Shown here piece by piece: positions 53,480 through 64,000 of a stretch of DNA of 64,000 bases (position 1 is the stretch's first letter; each line of letters starts with the position of its first letter). The stretch covers positions 64,001-128,000 of the forward strand of contig CAVUZH010000018.1 of assembly GCA_963745835.1 (NCBI GenBank). Direction: 5' to 3'. The DNA is from an uncultured delta proteobacterium. GTDB lineage: Bacteria > Desulfobacterota > Binatia > UBA9968. Below the pieces are notes generated by a model that saw nothing but the letters and a program-made list of their open reading frames with translations, ran no database searches and was not told where the DNA came from. The translations under genes and the position numbers were made by a program.

Positions 53480-55306
53480 TTAAGCGGTTTTTGGCTGCGC
53501 CAACTGAGCGGCGTCAAAAATCTGTTTAACGACTTCACCGGCAGCCATGGGCAAGCCATTGTAAACAAGAATGCTTGTGAGCTTAGATCCTAGATCCGGA
53601 TTTTCATCTTTGATGATTGCTGCCATTTGACCGTCCCGGTTCTGCTCAACAAGATAGATGGTGTCATGTTCAACCAAAAAATCTCTAACCTCGCTGGTCA
53701 AGGGCAACGCACGGATCAACATATGGTTGGTTTTCAATCCTGCCGCCTTGAGCCGGTCACGCGCTTCGCGAACGGGTTCGTAGCTCGAACCATAACAAAT
53801 GATGCCGGTTTTAACGCCCCTTTCCTTTTCTACGATAGGTTTGGGAACAAACTTTCTGGCGGTCTCGAACTTCTTCCGTAGCCGGTCGAGAATATACTTA
53901 TAGTCGGTCTCATCCTCAGAATATCTCGCGTCGGCGTCGTGGCCAGAGCCTCGGGTAAAGTAAGATGCCATCCGATTCGGATTTCCCGGAACCGTTCTGT
54001 AAGGGATTCCATCGCCGTCTTGATCAAAGTAACGGCGAAACTTTTTACCGGCCTTTGACCATTCGTCCAGTTGCTCCGCGCTGAGCCGTTTGCCGTAATC
54101 AAAAGGCTCCGGCTGCAGTTTCAGCGGTTCAGACGGCCAGAGATTCATGCCCAAGTCTAGATCCATGGCGACAAAGATCGGTGTTTGAAATCGATCGGCG
54201 TAATTAAAACTCTGCCGGGCAAAATCGAAGCAAGAATTCATATCGTGGGGGATCAAAATCATATGGCGAGTGTCACCATGGGACGCCCCGTACATCAACG
54301 AGATATCGGCTTGCTGTGTTCGTGTCGGTAATCCGGTTGATGGACCTCCGCGCTGGACGATGAAGAATACGCAGGGAATTTCGGCGTAATAAGCCAGACC
54401 TATAGTCTCATTCATGAGCGAAAGCCCGGGTCCTGACGTGGACGTCATCGCCCGTGCCCCCGACCAACCGGCTCCGGCGATCATGCCAGCCGAAGCAATT
54501 TCGTCTTCGGCCTGGACAATCGCATAAGTCTTTTTACCGTCCTTGGGCTTACGTAGTTTCGGCAGGTAGAACTCCATTGCTTCGGCTAAAGAGCTAGACG
54601 GAGTAATCGGATACCAGCAGATGACCGAAGCCCCGCCGTAGATCGCGCCCAAGGCTGCGACCGTGTTACCCTCGGTAATAATTTTGCCCTTATTGCCGTT
54701 CGGTATCACCTCCAACCGAGCGATATTCTGCGAGAAGCCCTTCTCTTTCATATATTGATAGCCAGCATCGATACAGATGAGGTTGGATTCGATCACGGCG
54801 GGTTTTTTCCCGAAGGTGTCTTCGAGCACGGCTTTGATAACTTCCATGTCAATGCCAAACAGGTAGGCCAAGGCGCCGACATAAAGCATATTTCGCTGCT
54901 TTGCCCGCAGCGGCGAGGCGGGTACCAATTTGGCCACAAGCTTATTCGCCGGGAAGCCGACGTATTGCACGCCCTCTCGCTTTAATTGGGCCGGCAGCGC
55001 GTTGGAATCGTCGTAAAGAATCAAACCGCCGTCGCGCACCCGGTAAATGTCTTTCGCAGCCGTGGCATCGTTGAACATGACCATTACGTCGATGTCGTCT
55101 TTGCGGCTCAGGTAACCCTCTGCGGAAGCTCGAATCTGATACCACGTCGGTAAACCCTGTATGTTGGACGGAAACATGTTCTTTGATGAACAGGGTATGC
55201 CCATTTTAAAGATCGCTTTGAACAGAATATTGTTCGAGGAAGCACTCCCGGAACCGTTCTCAGTTGCGACACAGATATTAAGGTCATTGATAGATGGTGT
55301 CTCCAA
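53480..55306 (-). CDS. 2-oxoacid:acceptor oxidoreductase alpha subunit
   Basis: YPITPSS, QAEDEIA, TSGPG, QRGGPSTGLPT. Confidence 0.95.
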   Translation of the reverse strand: METPSINDLNICVATENGSGSASSNNILFKAIFKMGIPCSSKNMFPSNIQGLPTWYQIRASAEGYLSRKDDIDVMVMFNDATAAKDIYRVRDGGLILYDDSNALPAQLKREGVQYVGFPANKLVAKLVPASPLRAKQRNMLYVGALAYLFGIDMEVIKAVLEDTFGKKPAVIESNLICIDAGYQYMKEKGFSQNIARLEVIPNGNKGKIITEGNTVAALGAIYGGASVICWYPITPSSSLAEAMEFYLPKLRKPKDGKKTYAIVQAEDEIASAGMIAGAGWSGARAMTSTSGPGLSLMNETIGLAYYAEIPCVFFIVQRGGPSTGLPTRTQQADISLMYGASHGDTRHMILIPHDMNSCFDFARQSFNYADRFQTPIFVAMDLDLGMNLWPSEPLKLQPEPFDYGKRLSAEQLDEWSKAGKKFRRYFDQDGDGIPYRTVPGNPNRMASYFTRGSGHDADARYSEDETDYKYILDRLRKKFETARKFVPKPIVEKERGVKTGIICYGSSYEPVREARDRLKAAGLKTNHMLIRALPLTSEVRDFLVEHDTIYLVEQNRDGQMAAIIKDENPDLGSKLTSILVYNGLPMAAGEVVKQIFDAAQLAQPKTA

Positions 55307-55381
55307 AATGCAGCCTCCTTATACGCATTTGCAACTTTATAAGCGTATCATATTCGTGTGGAAAGACAACGTGTTAGGATC

Positions 55382-56242
55382 TTATCCGGGCGTATAATGA
55401 TCCTCTGATTGCCAAAAATTAGCGACCTCTTTCCAACTCTGGCGCACGTTTTCGTCGATATTAAACGCCCTTGCGTAACGGAGAACATCCGGCATAGAAA
55501 CAATCCCCAATAGCTCCTCGCGATCTCCTTTAACTGGCATATTGCGAATGTCCCGACGGTACATCTCCGCCAAAACATCGCCGATGTGAGTGGTTCGTGG
55601 CATAGAGATCACGGGCGCCGTCATGACTTCGCGCACCGGAGTTTTGGTGATGTCTGGTACTTTATTGATCACTCGCTTCAGTAGGTCACGCTCGGTGAAG
55701 ATTCCTTTAGGTCGTTGCTCTTGCGTCACCACCACTGCGCTTGAGTTTTTGTTCATCATAAGTTCGGTGCTTTCGGAAATTGAGCGCCCCTCGTCAACAG
55801 TCAGGACCTGACCCGACATGATTTCTCCAACCGTTCGAGTTTCACTGAGACCTTGCCCTAGCTCCACCGCAATCTTCAAGATACGCCGCATAGAAACAAT
55901 GCCAACGATAGTTCCACGTCTTCCGCGCACGAGGAGATGCCGAAAATTGCCCTGATACATCCTGCCGAGAGCCTCGAGAATATGAGTTTCCTCTGCAACG
56001 GCTTGAATCGGCGACGTCATGACCTCTCGAATGCTGGTCTGCTGCAAATCGATTCCCTTATTAGCGACTCGCTTCAACACATCCTTTTCGGTAAATATTC
56101 CTACCGGAACGTCAGCGTCGGTGATGATCACCCGACCGATGTCAGCAGTCACCATGATTTCAACGACCCGAAAAATCGTTTCAGTGATTCTCGCAGAACT
56201 CAATTGTGTGGTCATAATTTCTTTGACCTGATTACTAAGCAT
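55382..56242 (-). CDS. Protein of four CBS domains (two Bateman modules)
   Basis: Repeated GIFTE(K/R)D..KRV, VREVMT, GIVSM. Confidence 0.9.
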   Translation of the reverse strand: MLSNQVKEIMTTQLSSARITETIFRVVEIMVTADIGRVIITDADVPVGIFTEKDVLKRVANKGIDLQQTSIREVMTSPIQAVAEETHILEALGRMYQGNFRHLLVRGRRGTIVGIVSMRRILKIAVELGQGLSETRTVGEIMSGQVLTVDEGRSISESTELMMNKNSSAVVVTQEQRPKGIFTERDLLKRVINKVPDITKTPVREVMTAPVISMPRTTHIGDVLAEMYRRDIRNMPVKGDREELLGIVSMPDVLRYARAFNIDENVRQSWKEVANFWQSEDHYTPG

Positions 56243-56433
56243 AGCGCACCTCCTCGTGTATAGATGAGAGTTGCTACGATGAGCTTATGATCCTGCTGGG
56301 CAATATAACACTTCTTTGCCGTTTGCAGCATCATGATTGAGAGTTAAGTGGTATCCTCGTTTAAAGGCATAGGATTGCGACTGGATATCGGAGCATGTTA
56401 GATTCATTCCATTCCCAGGGAGGCAAGAAGATC

Positions 56434-56748
56434 ATGAGCCGCAGGGAAACCGAATCGGATCACGGCCTAATTACCGAGACCAAAAAAAAGTTAAAAAAGC
56501 CCCCCCTCTATAAAGTTTTGCTGCACAACGATGACTATACTACAAAGGAATTCGTGGTGCAGGTCCTCCAGTATGTTTTCCATAAAGAATCGACAGAGGC
56601 CGTCCAAATCATGCTCCACGTTCATAAGAAAGGTATTGGGGTGGCGGGAGTTTACACTTACGAAATCGCCGAAACCAAGGTTACTCTGGTCGAGAATTTG
56701 GCGCGTCAGCATGAGTACCCGCTGAAGTGCACGATGGAAGAGGCTTAA
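56434..56748 (+). CDS. clpS: ATP-dependent Clp protease adaptor
   Basis: YKVLLHNDDYT..EFV, MLHVH, YPLKCTME. Confidence 0.97.
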   Translation: MSRRETESDHGLITETKKKLKKPPLYKVLLHNDDYTTKEFVVQVLQYVFHKESTEAVQIMLHVHKKGIGVAGVYTYEIAETKVTLVENLARQHEYPLKCTMEEA

Positions 56749-56749
56749 T

Positions 56750-58999
56750 ATGATCAGTAAGGAATTAGAGAGCACTCTCAATATCGCATTGAAAGAAGCT
56801 AAACGGCGCAGGCACGAATACGTCTCTTTGGAGCATCTGCTTTATGCCTTGCTGCAGGACAAGGATGCCAGTCGAGCCATCATCAATTGCGGCGGTGATA
56901 TCGATCGGCTCAGGAAATCGCTGGACGAGTTTTTCAACGGACAAATGGATGCTCTCCCGGAAGGCGTGGACCAAGAGCCGCACCAAACGCTCGGCTTTCA
57001 CCGGATTTTGCAGAGAGCGGTTATCCATGCTCAATCGGCTGAGAAAAAGGAAATCAACGGGGGCAACCTACTGATCGCAATGTTCCGTGAACCGGATTCT
57101 TATGCCGTTTATCTACTGGAGGAGCAAGGGATTACCCGCTTCGATGTTGTCAACTACGTTTCTCACGGGATATCCAAGACCGCAGCAGAAGAACCGGCGC
57201 AAACTGAAGAGGAGCAGGGAGAAGAAGAGAAACCAGGCAAGCGACAGAACCCGTTGAAAGCTTTCGCTGTGGACCTGGTCGAGAAAGCGCGTCAGGGAAA
57301 TATTGATCCCTTAATCGGCCGCGACGACGAAATCGAACGCACGATTCATGTGCTATGCCGGCGTCGCAAGAATAACCCCATTTACGTCGGTGATCCCGGT
57401 GTTGGTAAGACAGCCCTCGCGGAAGGTCTGGCTTTGAAGATTCACGCCGGGGAAGTCCCGGAGACGCTGAAAACCGCCGTTATCTATTCCCTAGACATGG
57501 GTGCCTTATTGGCGGGTACGAAATTCCGCGGCGATTTTGAGGCGCGGTTGAAAGGCGTTCTGACGGGTTTGAAAAAGCAGCCCAATTCCATTCTCTTCAT
57601 CGATGAAATCCACACTATAGTCGGGGCCGGTGCAACCAGCGGCGGCTCAATGGACGCTTCCAACATTCTCAAGCCTGCGCTGGCCTCCGGAGAACTTCGC
57701 TGTATTGGTTCAACTACGTACCATGATTATAAAAGCTATTTTGAGCGCGACCGAGCGCTGGCACGGCGGTTTCAAAAAATCGAAATCCCGGAGCCGAGCC
57801 AAGAAGAAGCATTTAAAATTCTCGAAGGCTTAAAGCCGCATTATGAAAAGCATCATGGTGTTCACTACAGCACAGCGGCCATTCGATCTGCAGTTCAGCT
57901 TTCGGCCAAGCACATCAATGACCGGCGTTTGCCGGATAAAGCCATCGACGTCATCGACGAAGTCGGCGCCGCCGTCAAGATTCTTCCAGTTGAGAAGCGC
58001 AAGAAGACGATCAGCCCCAGGGATATCGAGAAGATCGTAGCTAAAATCGCCAAGATCCCGCCGCGCAGTGTATCAACGTCCGATAAGGATCAATTGCAGA
58101 ACTTGGAACGTGATTTAAAGCTGGTGGTCTTTGGTCAAGATACAGCAATCGAAATGCTCGCTAGCACGATCAAGTTGTCACGCTCCGGTTTGGGGCATCC
58201 GGAAAAGCCGATCGGGTGTTTTTTGTTTGCCGGACCCACTGGTGTGGGAAAAACCGAAGTCGCCAAACAGCTTGCCCTTACGATGGGAATAGAGTTTATC
58301 CGCTTCGATATGAGCGAATACATGGAGAAGCACACCGTGTCTCGCCTGATCGGCGCCCCTCCCGGTTATGTCGGATTCGATCAGGGCGGACTTCTGACGG
58401 ATGCGATTAATCGAAATCCGTACGCAGTTTTGTTGCTCGATGAAATCGAAAAAGCGCATCCTGATTTGTTCAACATTCTGCTTCAGGTAATGGATCATGC
58501 TGCCCTTACAGACAACAATGGCAAAAAGGCTGATTTTCGTAACATCATTTTGATAATGACCACTAACGCTGGGGCTCGCGAAATGAGTGGCTCACCACTG
58601 GGTTTCGGGGAACGGTCGAATGCCGGCAAGGGAAAAGAAGCAGTCGAAAAGATGTTTAGCCCCGAGTTCCGTAACCGGTTGGACGCGATGATTAGTTTTA
58701 ACTCGTTGAACCGGGAAAATATCGAGCGAGTGGTCGATAAGTTTATCATTGAACTGGATCATCAGCTCAACGATAGGAAAGTGTTCTTGAGTCTCACGAC
58801 GGCCGCCCGGCGCTGGTTCGCGGACAGAGGCTACGATCCAGCCTTTGGTGCGCGGCCAATGGCAAGATTGATTCAAAACGAGATCAAACGTGTCTTGGCG
58901 GACGAGATCTTGTTCGGTAAGCTCCAAAACGGCGGCAAGGTTGAGGTTGATGAGACTGATGGCAAGCTGACGTTTACATATTCTCCTCTGAGCACATAG
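56750..58999 (+). CDS. clpA: ATP-dependent Clp protease ATPase subunit
   Basis: Two AAA+ modules (GVGKT twice), no M-domain, LGF loop, follows clpS. Confidence 0.96.
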   Translation: MISKELESTLNIALKEAKRRRHEYVSLEHLLYALLQDKDASRAIINCGGDIDRLRKSLDEFFNGQMDALPEGVDQEPHQTLGFHRILQRAVIHAQSAEKKEINGGNLLIAMFREPDSYAVYLLEEQGITRFDVVNYVSHGISKTAAEEPAQTEEEQGEEEKPGKRQNPLKAFAVDLVEKARQGNIDPLIGRDDEIERTIHVLCRRRKNNPIYVGDPGVGKTALAEGLALKIHAGEVPETLKTAVIYSLDMGALLAGTKFRGDFEARLKGVLTGLKKQPNSILFIDEIHTIVGAGATSGGSMDASNILKPALASGELRCIGSTTYHDYKSYFERDRALARRFQKIEIPEPSQEEAFKILEGLKPHYEKHHGVHYSTAAIRSAVQLSAKHINDRRLPDKAIDVIDEVGAAVKILPVEKRKKTISPRDIEKIVAKIAKIPPRSVSTSDKDQLQNLERDLKLVVFGQDTAIEMLASTIKLSRSGLGHPEKPIGCFLFAGPTGVGKTEVAKQLALTMGIEFIRFDMSEYMEKHTVSRLIGAPPGYVGFDQGGLLTDAINRNPYAVLLLDEIEKAHPDLFNILLQVMDHAALTDNNGKKADFRNIILIMTTNAGAREMSGSPLGFGERSNAGKGKEAVEKMFSPEFRNRLDAMISFNSLNRENIERVVDKFIIELDHQLNDRKVFLSLTTAARRWFADRGYDPAFGARPMARLIQNEIKRVLADEILFGKLQNGGKVEVDETDGKLTFTYSPLST

Positions 59000-59049
59000 A
59001 GGTCGTTGAGCAGCCGCACCACGCGGCTGCTTGATTCGCACCCGCCCCG

Positions 59050-60314
59050 ATGTCCAACCTTATCATCGGCATTTTTCTTGTGCTTTTCACTCTAGAGTTT
59101 GTCGTTGAGTTCATCCTCAATGAGCTCAACATTCGCCAGGTCCGGAAGAGTAGAGCGGCGCACGCGGTCCCGGAATTTTTTCAAGAGAAAATCAGCAAGG
59201 ACGACTACGAGCAATCCGCTCGTTATACATTGGCCAAATCTCGCTTCCAACGCTGGTCGGAGGTTTATGGCCGTACCGTGATTTTGTTTCTACTATTCGG
59301 TGGGCTCCTGCCGTTTTTAGAAAACTTGATCATCGCGATGCTGCCTCAGAGTCTAGCTAACAGCCTTATAAGGGGCGTGCTCTTCTGCCTTGGTGTCGGC
59401 GTGATATTTTCACTGGCCAGTCTTCCCATCGATCTTTATTCCACGTTTGGTATTGAAAGTCGATTCGGTTTCAATAAGACGACTCTGTCACTTTATTTTT
59501 CAGATAAGTTAAAAGGACTGATTCTGGGAATTATGATTGGCGGGCCTTTTTTATATGTTGTGCTCTGGCTGATGCAAGCAACCGGCGAATACTGGTGGAT
59601 CTGGGCATTTGTTTTCATCACCTTCTTCCAGCTCCTGATGATCATAATTGTTCCAACTTTTATCGCCCCCTGGTTCAACAAGTTTGAACCGTTGGCCAAC
59701 GGAGAGCTGCGCGATCGGATACTGGCGCTGGCAAACCAGATCGGTTTCAATCAAGCGGTATTTTTTTAATGGACGGTTCGAAACGTTCAGCTCATTCGAA
59801 CGCGTACTTCACCGGGATCGGCGGGGCCAAACGGATTGTACTTTTTGATACCTTAGTTGAACAGATGACCATCGAACAGGGACTTGCGGTGTTGGCGCAT
59901 GAGATGGGGCACTACAAAATGAAACACATTCGCCGGATGATGCTTGTGCAGAGTGTGATTCTATTCGTCGGCTTATATATTCTCAGTCGGCTGGTGAATT
60001 ACCACCCGGTGTTTTCTGCGTTTGACTTACAACCGTCAAATCATGCAGCGTTAGTCCTCTTCAGTCTGCTTTCAGGGCCATTAACTTTTTACCTTGCACC
60101 ATTAGTGAATCTCTTGTCGCGCAAACACGAGTACGAGGCCGATCGTTTTGCGGTAATCACGTTGGGCAACGGCAAGCCGATGGAAGAAGCACTGATCAAT
60201 CTAACGGTAAAAAATTTGTCGAACCTGACGCCGCATCCATGGTATTCGGCTTATCACTACTCGCACCCGACCCCGACAGAGCGAATTGGCGCGATTCGAC
60301 GAATCACGATCTAG
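59050..60314 (+). CDS. M48 (Ste24/HtpX) zinc metallopeptidase, frameshifted near 59749
   Basis: PWFNKFEPL..., then MDGSKRSAHSNAYFTG, HEMGH, EYEAD, YSHP; restoring one A gives GFKSSGIFLMDGS. Confidence 0.9.
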
Positions 60315-60856
60315 CAAGCTTCAGATGCACCGCAGCACGCAAAGGCGCCGGCAGTCGGGGACTAGTGACAAACTAATGGATAGACAGAGTTTATCACGAG
60401 CTTTCCCGAGTCCCCTGCGAAAGAATGCGAGCAACTCTGCTGGATTCCAGCCTTGCGCGCAATTATGGCGTCCTAACATACAAAATATTTGACTGCTGAA
60501 GAGAGTTTCGTGTACCTTTAGCGCCCATACAGCTAGTTGAGGGGACTAGTTAACGGCGCCACCTCAACGCCTTATTTCGTTCGTATCTCTGGTGCGGTCT
60601 ACCAACCCTTTCTAATTTCGTGCTGGCACAGCCCATGAGGAACGCTCAATAAGTGAACCGATTGTCTGGCAGCGATGAACGAACTGAGGCTGCTTTCTAC
60701 TCGAAATCCTCGGTAATGGCTGTAGCTTTCTTGAGCCTATTTATCGAACGGGCGACCTTCTCTCGAGGAGGAGCTGCTTCAATTACCCGGTGAGCTCCAA
60801 GGAGTAGAGAGAGCCTGGCAGAGGAGCTTGAGTCTGAATCGATCGAAATAATCCGC

Positions 60857-61355
60857 CTTTCCGGGTCAGGCAAGTCGACAATCGCCAATCTATTGGAGAA
60901 ACGTTTCCATGCGGAAGGCAAGCACACCTATATCTTGGACGGTGACAATGTTCGCCACGGGCTCAATCGGGATTTGGGCTTCACCGAGGCGGACCGAGTC
61001 GAAAACATTCGCCGAGTGGCAGAGGTCGCGAAACTGTTGGTCGATGCGGGACTGATCGTCATAGTCGCCTTCATTTCGCCATTCCGTGCGGAGCGACAAC
61101 TGGCGCGCAGCCTTTTCGATCCCGGAGAATTTATCGAAGTGTTTGTCGATACTCCTTTGGAGGAATGCGAGCGCCGTGACCGAAGGGACTATATGCGAAA
61201 GCCAGGTGCGGCGAGTTGAAGAACTTTACTGGCGTAGACAGCGACTTATGAGCCACCTGAAGTTGCCGGATATTCATTTGCAAACTAACGGACTCTCACC
61301 TGAAACTTGCGTTATTGAAATCATCAAGAATGTTATAGCGAAAGCATTTACTTAA
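60857..61355 (+). pseudogene. cysC: Adenylyl-sulfate kinase (CysC), apparently 5'-truncated and frameshifted
   Basis: [33 protein letters not shown]; KGLYAKAR and KNFTGVDS lie in a shifted frame. Confidence 0.75.
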
Positions 61356-61445
61356 AATGAAATGAGCAAGCGTTCAATGCATGATCGGAAAAGGGCTGTG
61401 GGCTGCAAGTGGACTTGTGATCGCAGCGGTTAAGTTGGAAGAGCT

Positions 61446-62030
61446 ATGGGGATTGTACCTATTTATGTGTGGACTCATCTGCCAACCGCCGATAATAGAG
61501 ATGGCTTGGTTGCGCGATCCGAGCAGTCCGTGCTGCCGCAAGTCCTTGATCAACGGAGGACAAAGTTCCAGCAGTTGCAAGAACAAGATCCTTACCTTTT
61601 GGATAAGCTTGTTAAACTGTTTCGTATCTTTAAAGCTGTTTACTGCCCCTCAAGCCCAAGGCACATCGAATCGGCAACACTGATTGGTGAGTTCTTCCAA
61701 CTGCCAGCGCCCATTCCGGATGCGCGTTTGAATGCCGTCGACTACGGAACTTTCAAGGGACAACCGCTATCGGCGATGAAACCACCGCATAACTATGTCG
61801 AAATCGCTTACCCAAGTGGTGAGAGTTGGCTTCAATGTCTCGGTCGCTGGCGATCGTTTTTTGAGGAAGTGCTCCCAAAATATAATGGCAAACCGGTACT
61901 CCTTTCTGGACAGACGAGAGCAGCCATCCGAATGTGCGCTCATTTATGCGATGGGATGGAACTATACCAAGCAGTCGATCTTGAAGTTGACGATCCGAAT
62001 GTTCCTTGGGTTTATTTCTACAGATATTAA
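61446..62030 (+). CDS. Degenerate histidine phosphatase (phosphoglycerate mutase-like) protein
   Basis: WTHLPT..N, DARLNAVDYGTFKG, YPSGES; RH replaced by TH and the second His by Q. Confidence 0.6.
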   Translation: MGIVPIYVWTHLPTADNRDGLVARSEQSVLPQVLDQRRTKFQQLQEQDPYLLDKLVKLFRIFKAVYCPSSPRHIESATLIGEFFQLPAPIPDARLNAVDYGTFKGQPLSAMKPPHNYVEIAYPSGESWLQCLGRWRSFFEEVLPKYNGKPVLLSGQTRAAIRMCAHLCDGMELYQAVDLEVDDPNVPWVYFYRY

Positions 62031-62487
62031 ACGCGTAAAATTTCCCGTTCCGTGATGTGCCGCCTTTTAGTAGATTGAACAGTGACCTGCCTTGATCGAT
62101 CGTTAACGGAGGTACAGCCTTTTTCTCATTTTTCCCGCTTCAGCTGATCCATACTTGCACTGGCCTCCGGAATCTCATTTTGACGTAGTTGTTTGCATTA
62201 CTTGACAAACCTTATCATTTGTGAGCTATTGTAGCGCACTCAGAATTCCAAAAAAGGAGTGCCATCATTCCCCAAAAGTTTCTAATTAGCCGGAATAGCC
62301 ACGTTTGCGGTTAATCAAGGACGGCAAGTCGCACATTTATTTTAAACGTTGTCATTCCTGGACATTTGCCAGCGGCCGAGAAAAGCAGCGATCGTAAGTT
62401 CCTCAAAAGTTTGTGTACCGATAGTTCGATCCCCAATTGCCTAGCAGGAAAGTAAGATAGAACCATTATCATCAGTACGGAACACAT

Positions 62488-63379
62488 ATGAGAATCAATC
62501 CCAAGGGGACGAATGGTCCTTCACGTGTTAACAAACCGGACGGGCTGATGGCCCGGTCAGAGTTGCCGTTGCTCTCGATTGACATAAAGGAACGTAGGAA
62601 TCAATTCCAGCAGCTGCAAGATCAAGATTCTTTCCACTTAAGGATTAGGATTAGATTCGCGAGTTTTGATTATCGAAGGAATCTCCGGGTCTGGTAAGGA
62701 TACGTTTCAGACTTTTCTAAAAAATAAGCTGAAGGACCGAGACGTGTATGACTATTCTGAGGGCGAGCTATTGCATTCGTGGAAGCAGTTTCCGATTGAG
62801 GGCATTTTGGAATTACGAGTTAAGTTCATGAAACTTTTTGTGAACTATGTAAGAGATATTATTAGTCGAGATGAGAGCGCCGTTTTTCTTTTGAACAGGT
62901 TCCATTTGTCTACGTATGCATGGACAATTATCCAAAAAAAAAAATTGGAAGAAAATACGGTGAGATCGTCAGGTTCCTGAGACTGCTCCTGTTCATGTCT
63001 TTATTTTGCAAGAGGAAGAAAATGAGATTGAGAAGAGAAGCTTGATGAGAAAACTAGTGCATGGCGGAAGTTTCAAAGACAGAGGGTGGAGAATTATAGC
63101 TTTTGCGAGAGATTGAAGAGACAACAAAAATTAATTCTAGACGCAGCACGGAAACAACACATCCCCTACTCTATAATAAAGCTTACTCCCTACGAAGCCG
63201 AAATAGGAGACGCACAGATTCGTATCTCTAGAGCCTCGGATGTTTTTCATCGCGGTGTGCAGATAGATTCTGCAGATACAAGATTTATCTCAGCAAAAGT
63301 AACGTCTACCTCAAACGATTCAAGAGGAAGAACTAAAGCGATCTCAGCAAATTGTAGTGATAAGGAAGCCGCGAAATGA
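62488..63379 (+). pseudogene. P-loop (thymidylate-kinase-like) protein split over ORFs 62488-62697, 62666-62980 and 63086-63379
   Basis: IIEGISGSGKDT Walker A, LLNRFHLS; frameshifts near 62640 and near/after the A11 run at 62934-62944. Confidence 0.55.
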
Positions 63380-64000
63380 TAGCTACAGATAAGTTCGTAT
63401 TTGCGCATCTACCACGGTCAGGCGGCACATTTGTTACTGCCGTGATCAAGAAGTTCTTTCCAACAGCTCGTGAAATCGGCCACCATTTGCCGCGGGAGCT
63501 TCTGCCCAAACAGTACTCCCGGCTTCCAGTTCTTGGTACTGTTCGGAACCCATGGGATTTTTATGTCTCACTATATCATTATCTCTGGCCGAAAGATGCC
63601 GCAAGCATATTGGTCTCCTGGATGACCGAGAGCGGCAAACTCGGATTTCAAGGTAGCCTTCGAAACCTGCTGAATCTCGGTGTCGACGACGGGCGTCTCG
63701 ATGTTTTGATCAAGATGCTGCCTGAGCGCCTTGACTACAGTAAGAGAAACATTCCTAGCGCTACCAAAGAGGCAATGGGAAAAGTTCGCGGCACCGGAAT
63801 CGGCTATTATACCTTCCGCTTCAATCAGATGTTCGCAAATGCGGACGATGTGTTTTTCTGTCGGCTTGAAACTCTGAGTCAGGATCTGGTCGTCTTCTTT
63901 GAGAGGATCGGCGCAAAGACGGATGAATTATGGCACTACGTGCATGGCGCTGATAAAGTTAACGCGGCTGAACACCTCCACTACTCGACTTATTATCCGC
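63376..64000 (+). CDS. Sulfotransferase family protein (runs off window, not in ORF track)
   Basis: Manual translation: MIATDKFVFAHLPRSGGTF (5'-PSB-like), VRNPWDFYVSLY (3'-PB-like), CRLETLSQD; no stop to window end; ATGA overlap with upstream stop. Confidence 0.8.
   Translation, partial: MIATDKFVFAHLPRSGGTFVTAVIKKFFPTAREIGHHLPRELLPKQYSRLPVLGTVRNPWDFYVSLYHYLWPKDAASILVSWMTESGKLGFQGSLRNLLNLGVDDGRLDVLIKMLPERLDYSKRNIPSATKEAMGKVRGTGIGYYTFRFNQMFANADDVFFCRLETLSQDLVVFFERIGAKTDELWHYVHGADKVNAAEHLHYSTYYP

Noticed and set aside
62934-62944. A11 tract as a phase-variation switch
   Set aside because: Surrounded by other indels, so it cannot be distinguished from sequencing error

Overview
Core-chromosome, origin-proximal window of a bacterium with moderately high GC. 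Gene order and content suggest a Deltaproteobacteria-like lineage such as Ca. Binatia (inference): split atp operon headed by a bactofilin, multiple UbiD and cupin paralogs. Housekeeping blocks are bactofilin-atpF'FHAGDC, mnmE-mnmG-parA-parB with two parS sites, ispH, sigma54/NtrC-controlled amtB-glnA-glnB, ileS-lspA, moaA, a 2-oxoacid:ferredoxin oxidoreductase and clpS-clpA. Orphan catabolic genes are interspersed: a bicupin-EutA-bicupin module lacking eutBC, an LLM monooxygenase, an enolase-family enzyme, two UbiD decarboxylases, a class II aldolase and two isochorismatases. A sigma54 two-component system sits upstream of a putative operon of small proteins, including a 55-aa ORF missing from the ORF track. 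The right end is a more AT-rich cluster of cysC, a degenerate His-phosphatase, a P-loop kinase and a sulfotransferase. At least six genes, including essential atpC, carry single-base frameshifts that are most likely assembly errors. No rRNA, tRNA, CRISPR array or transposase was recognised.
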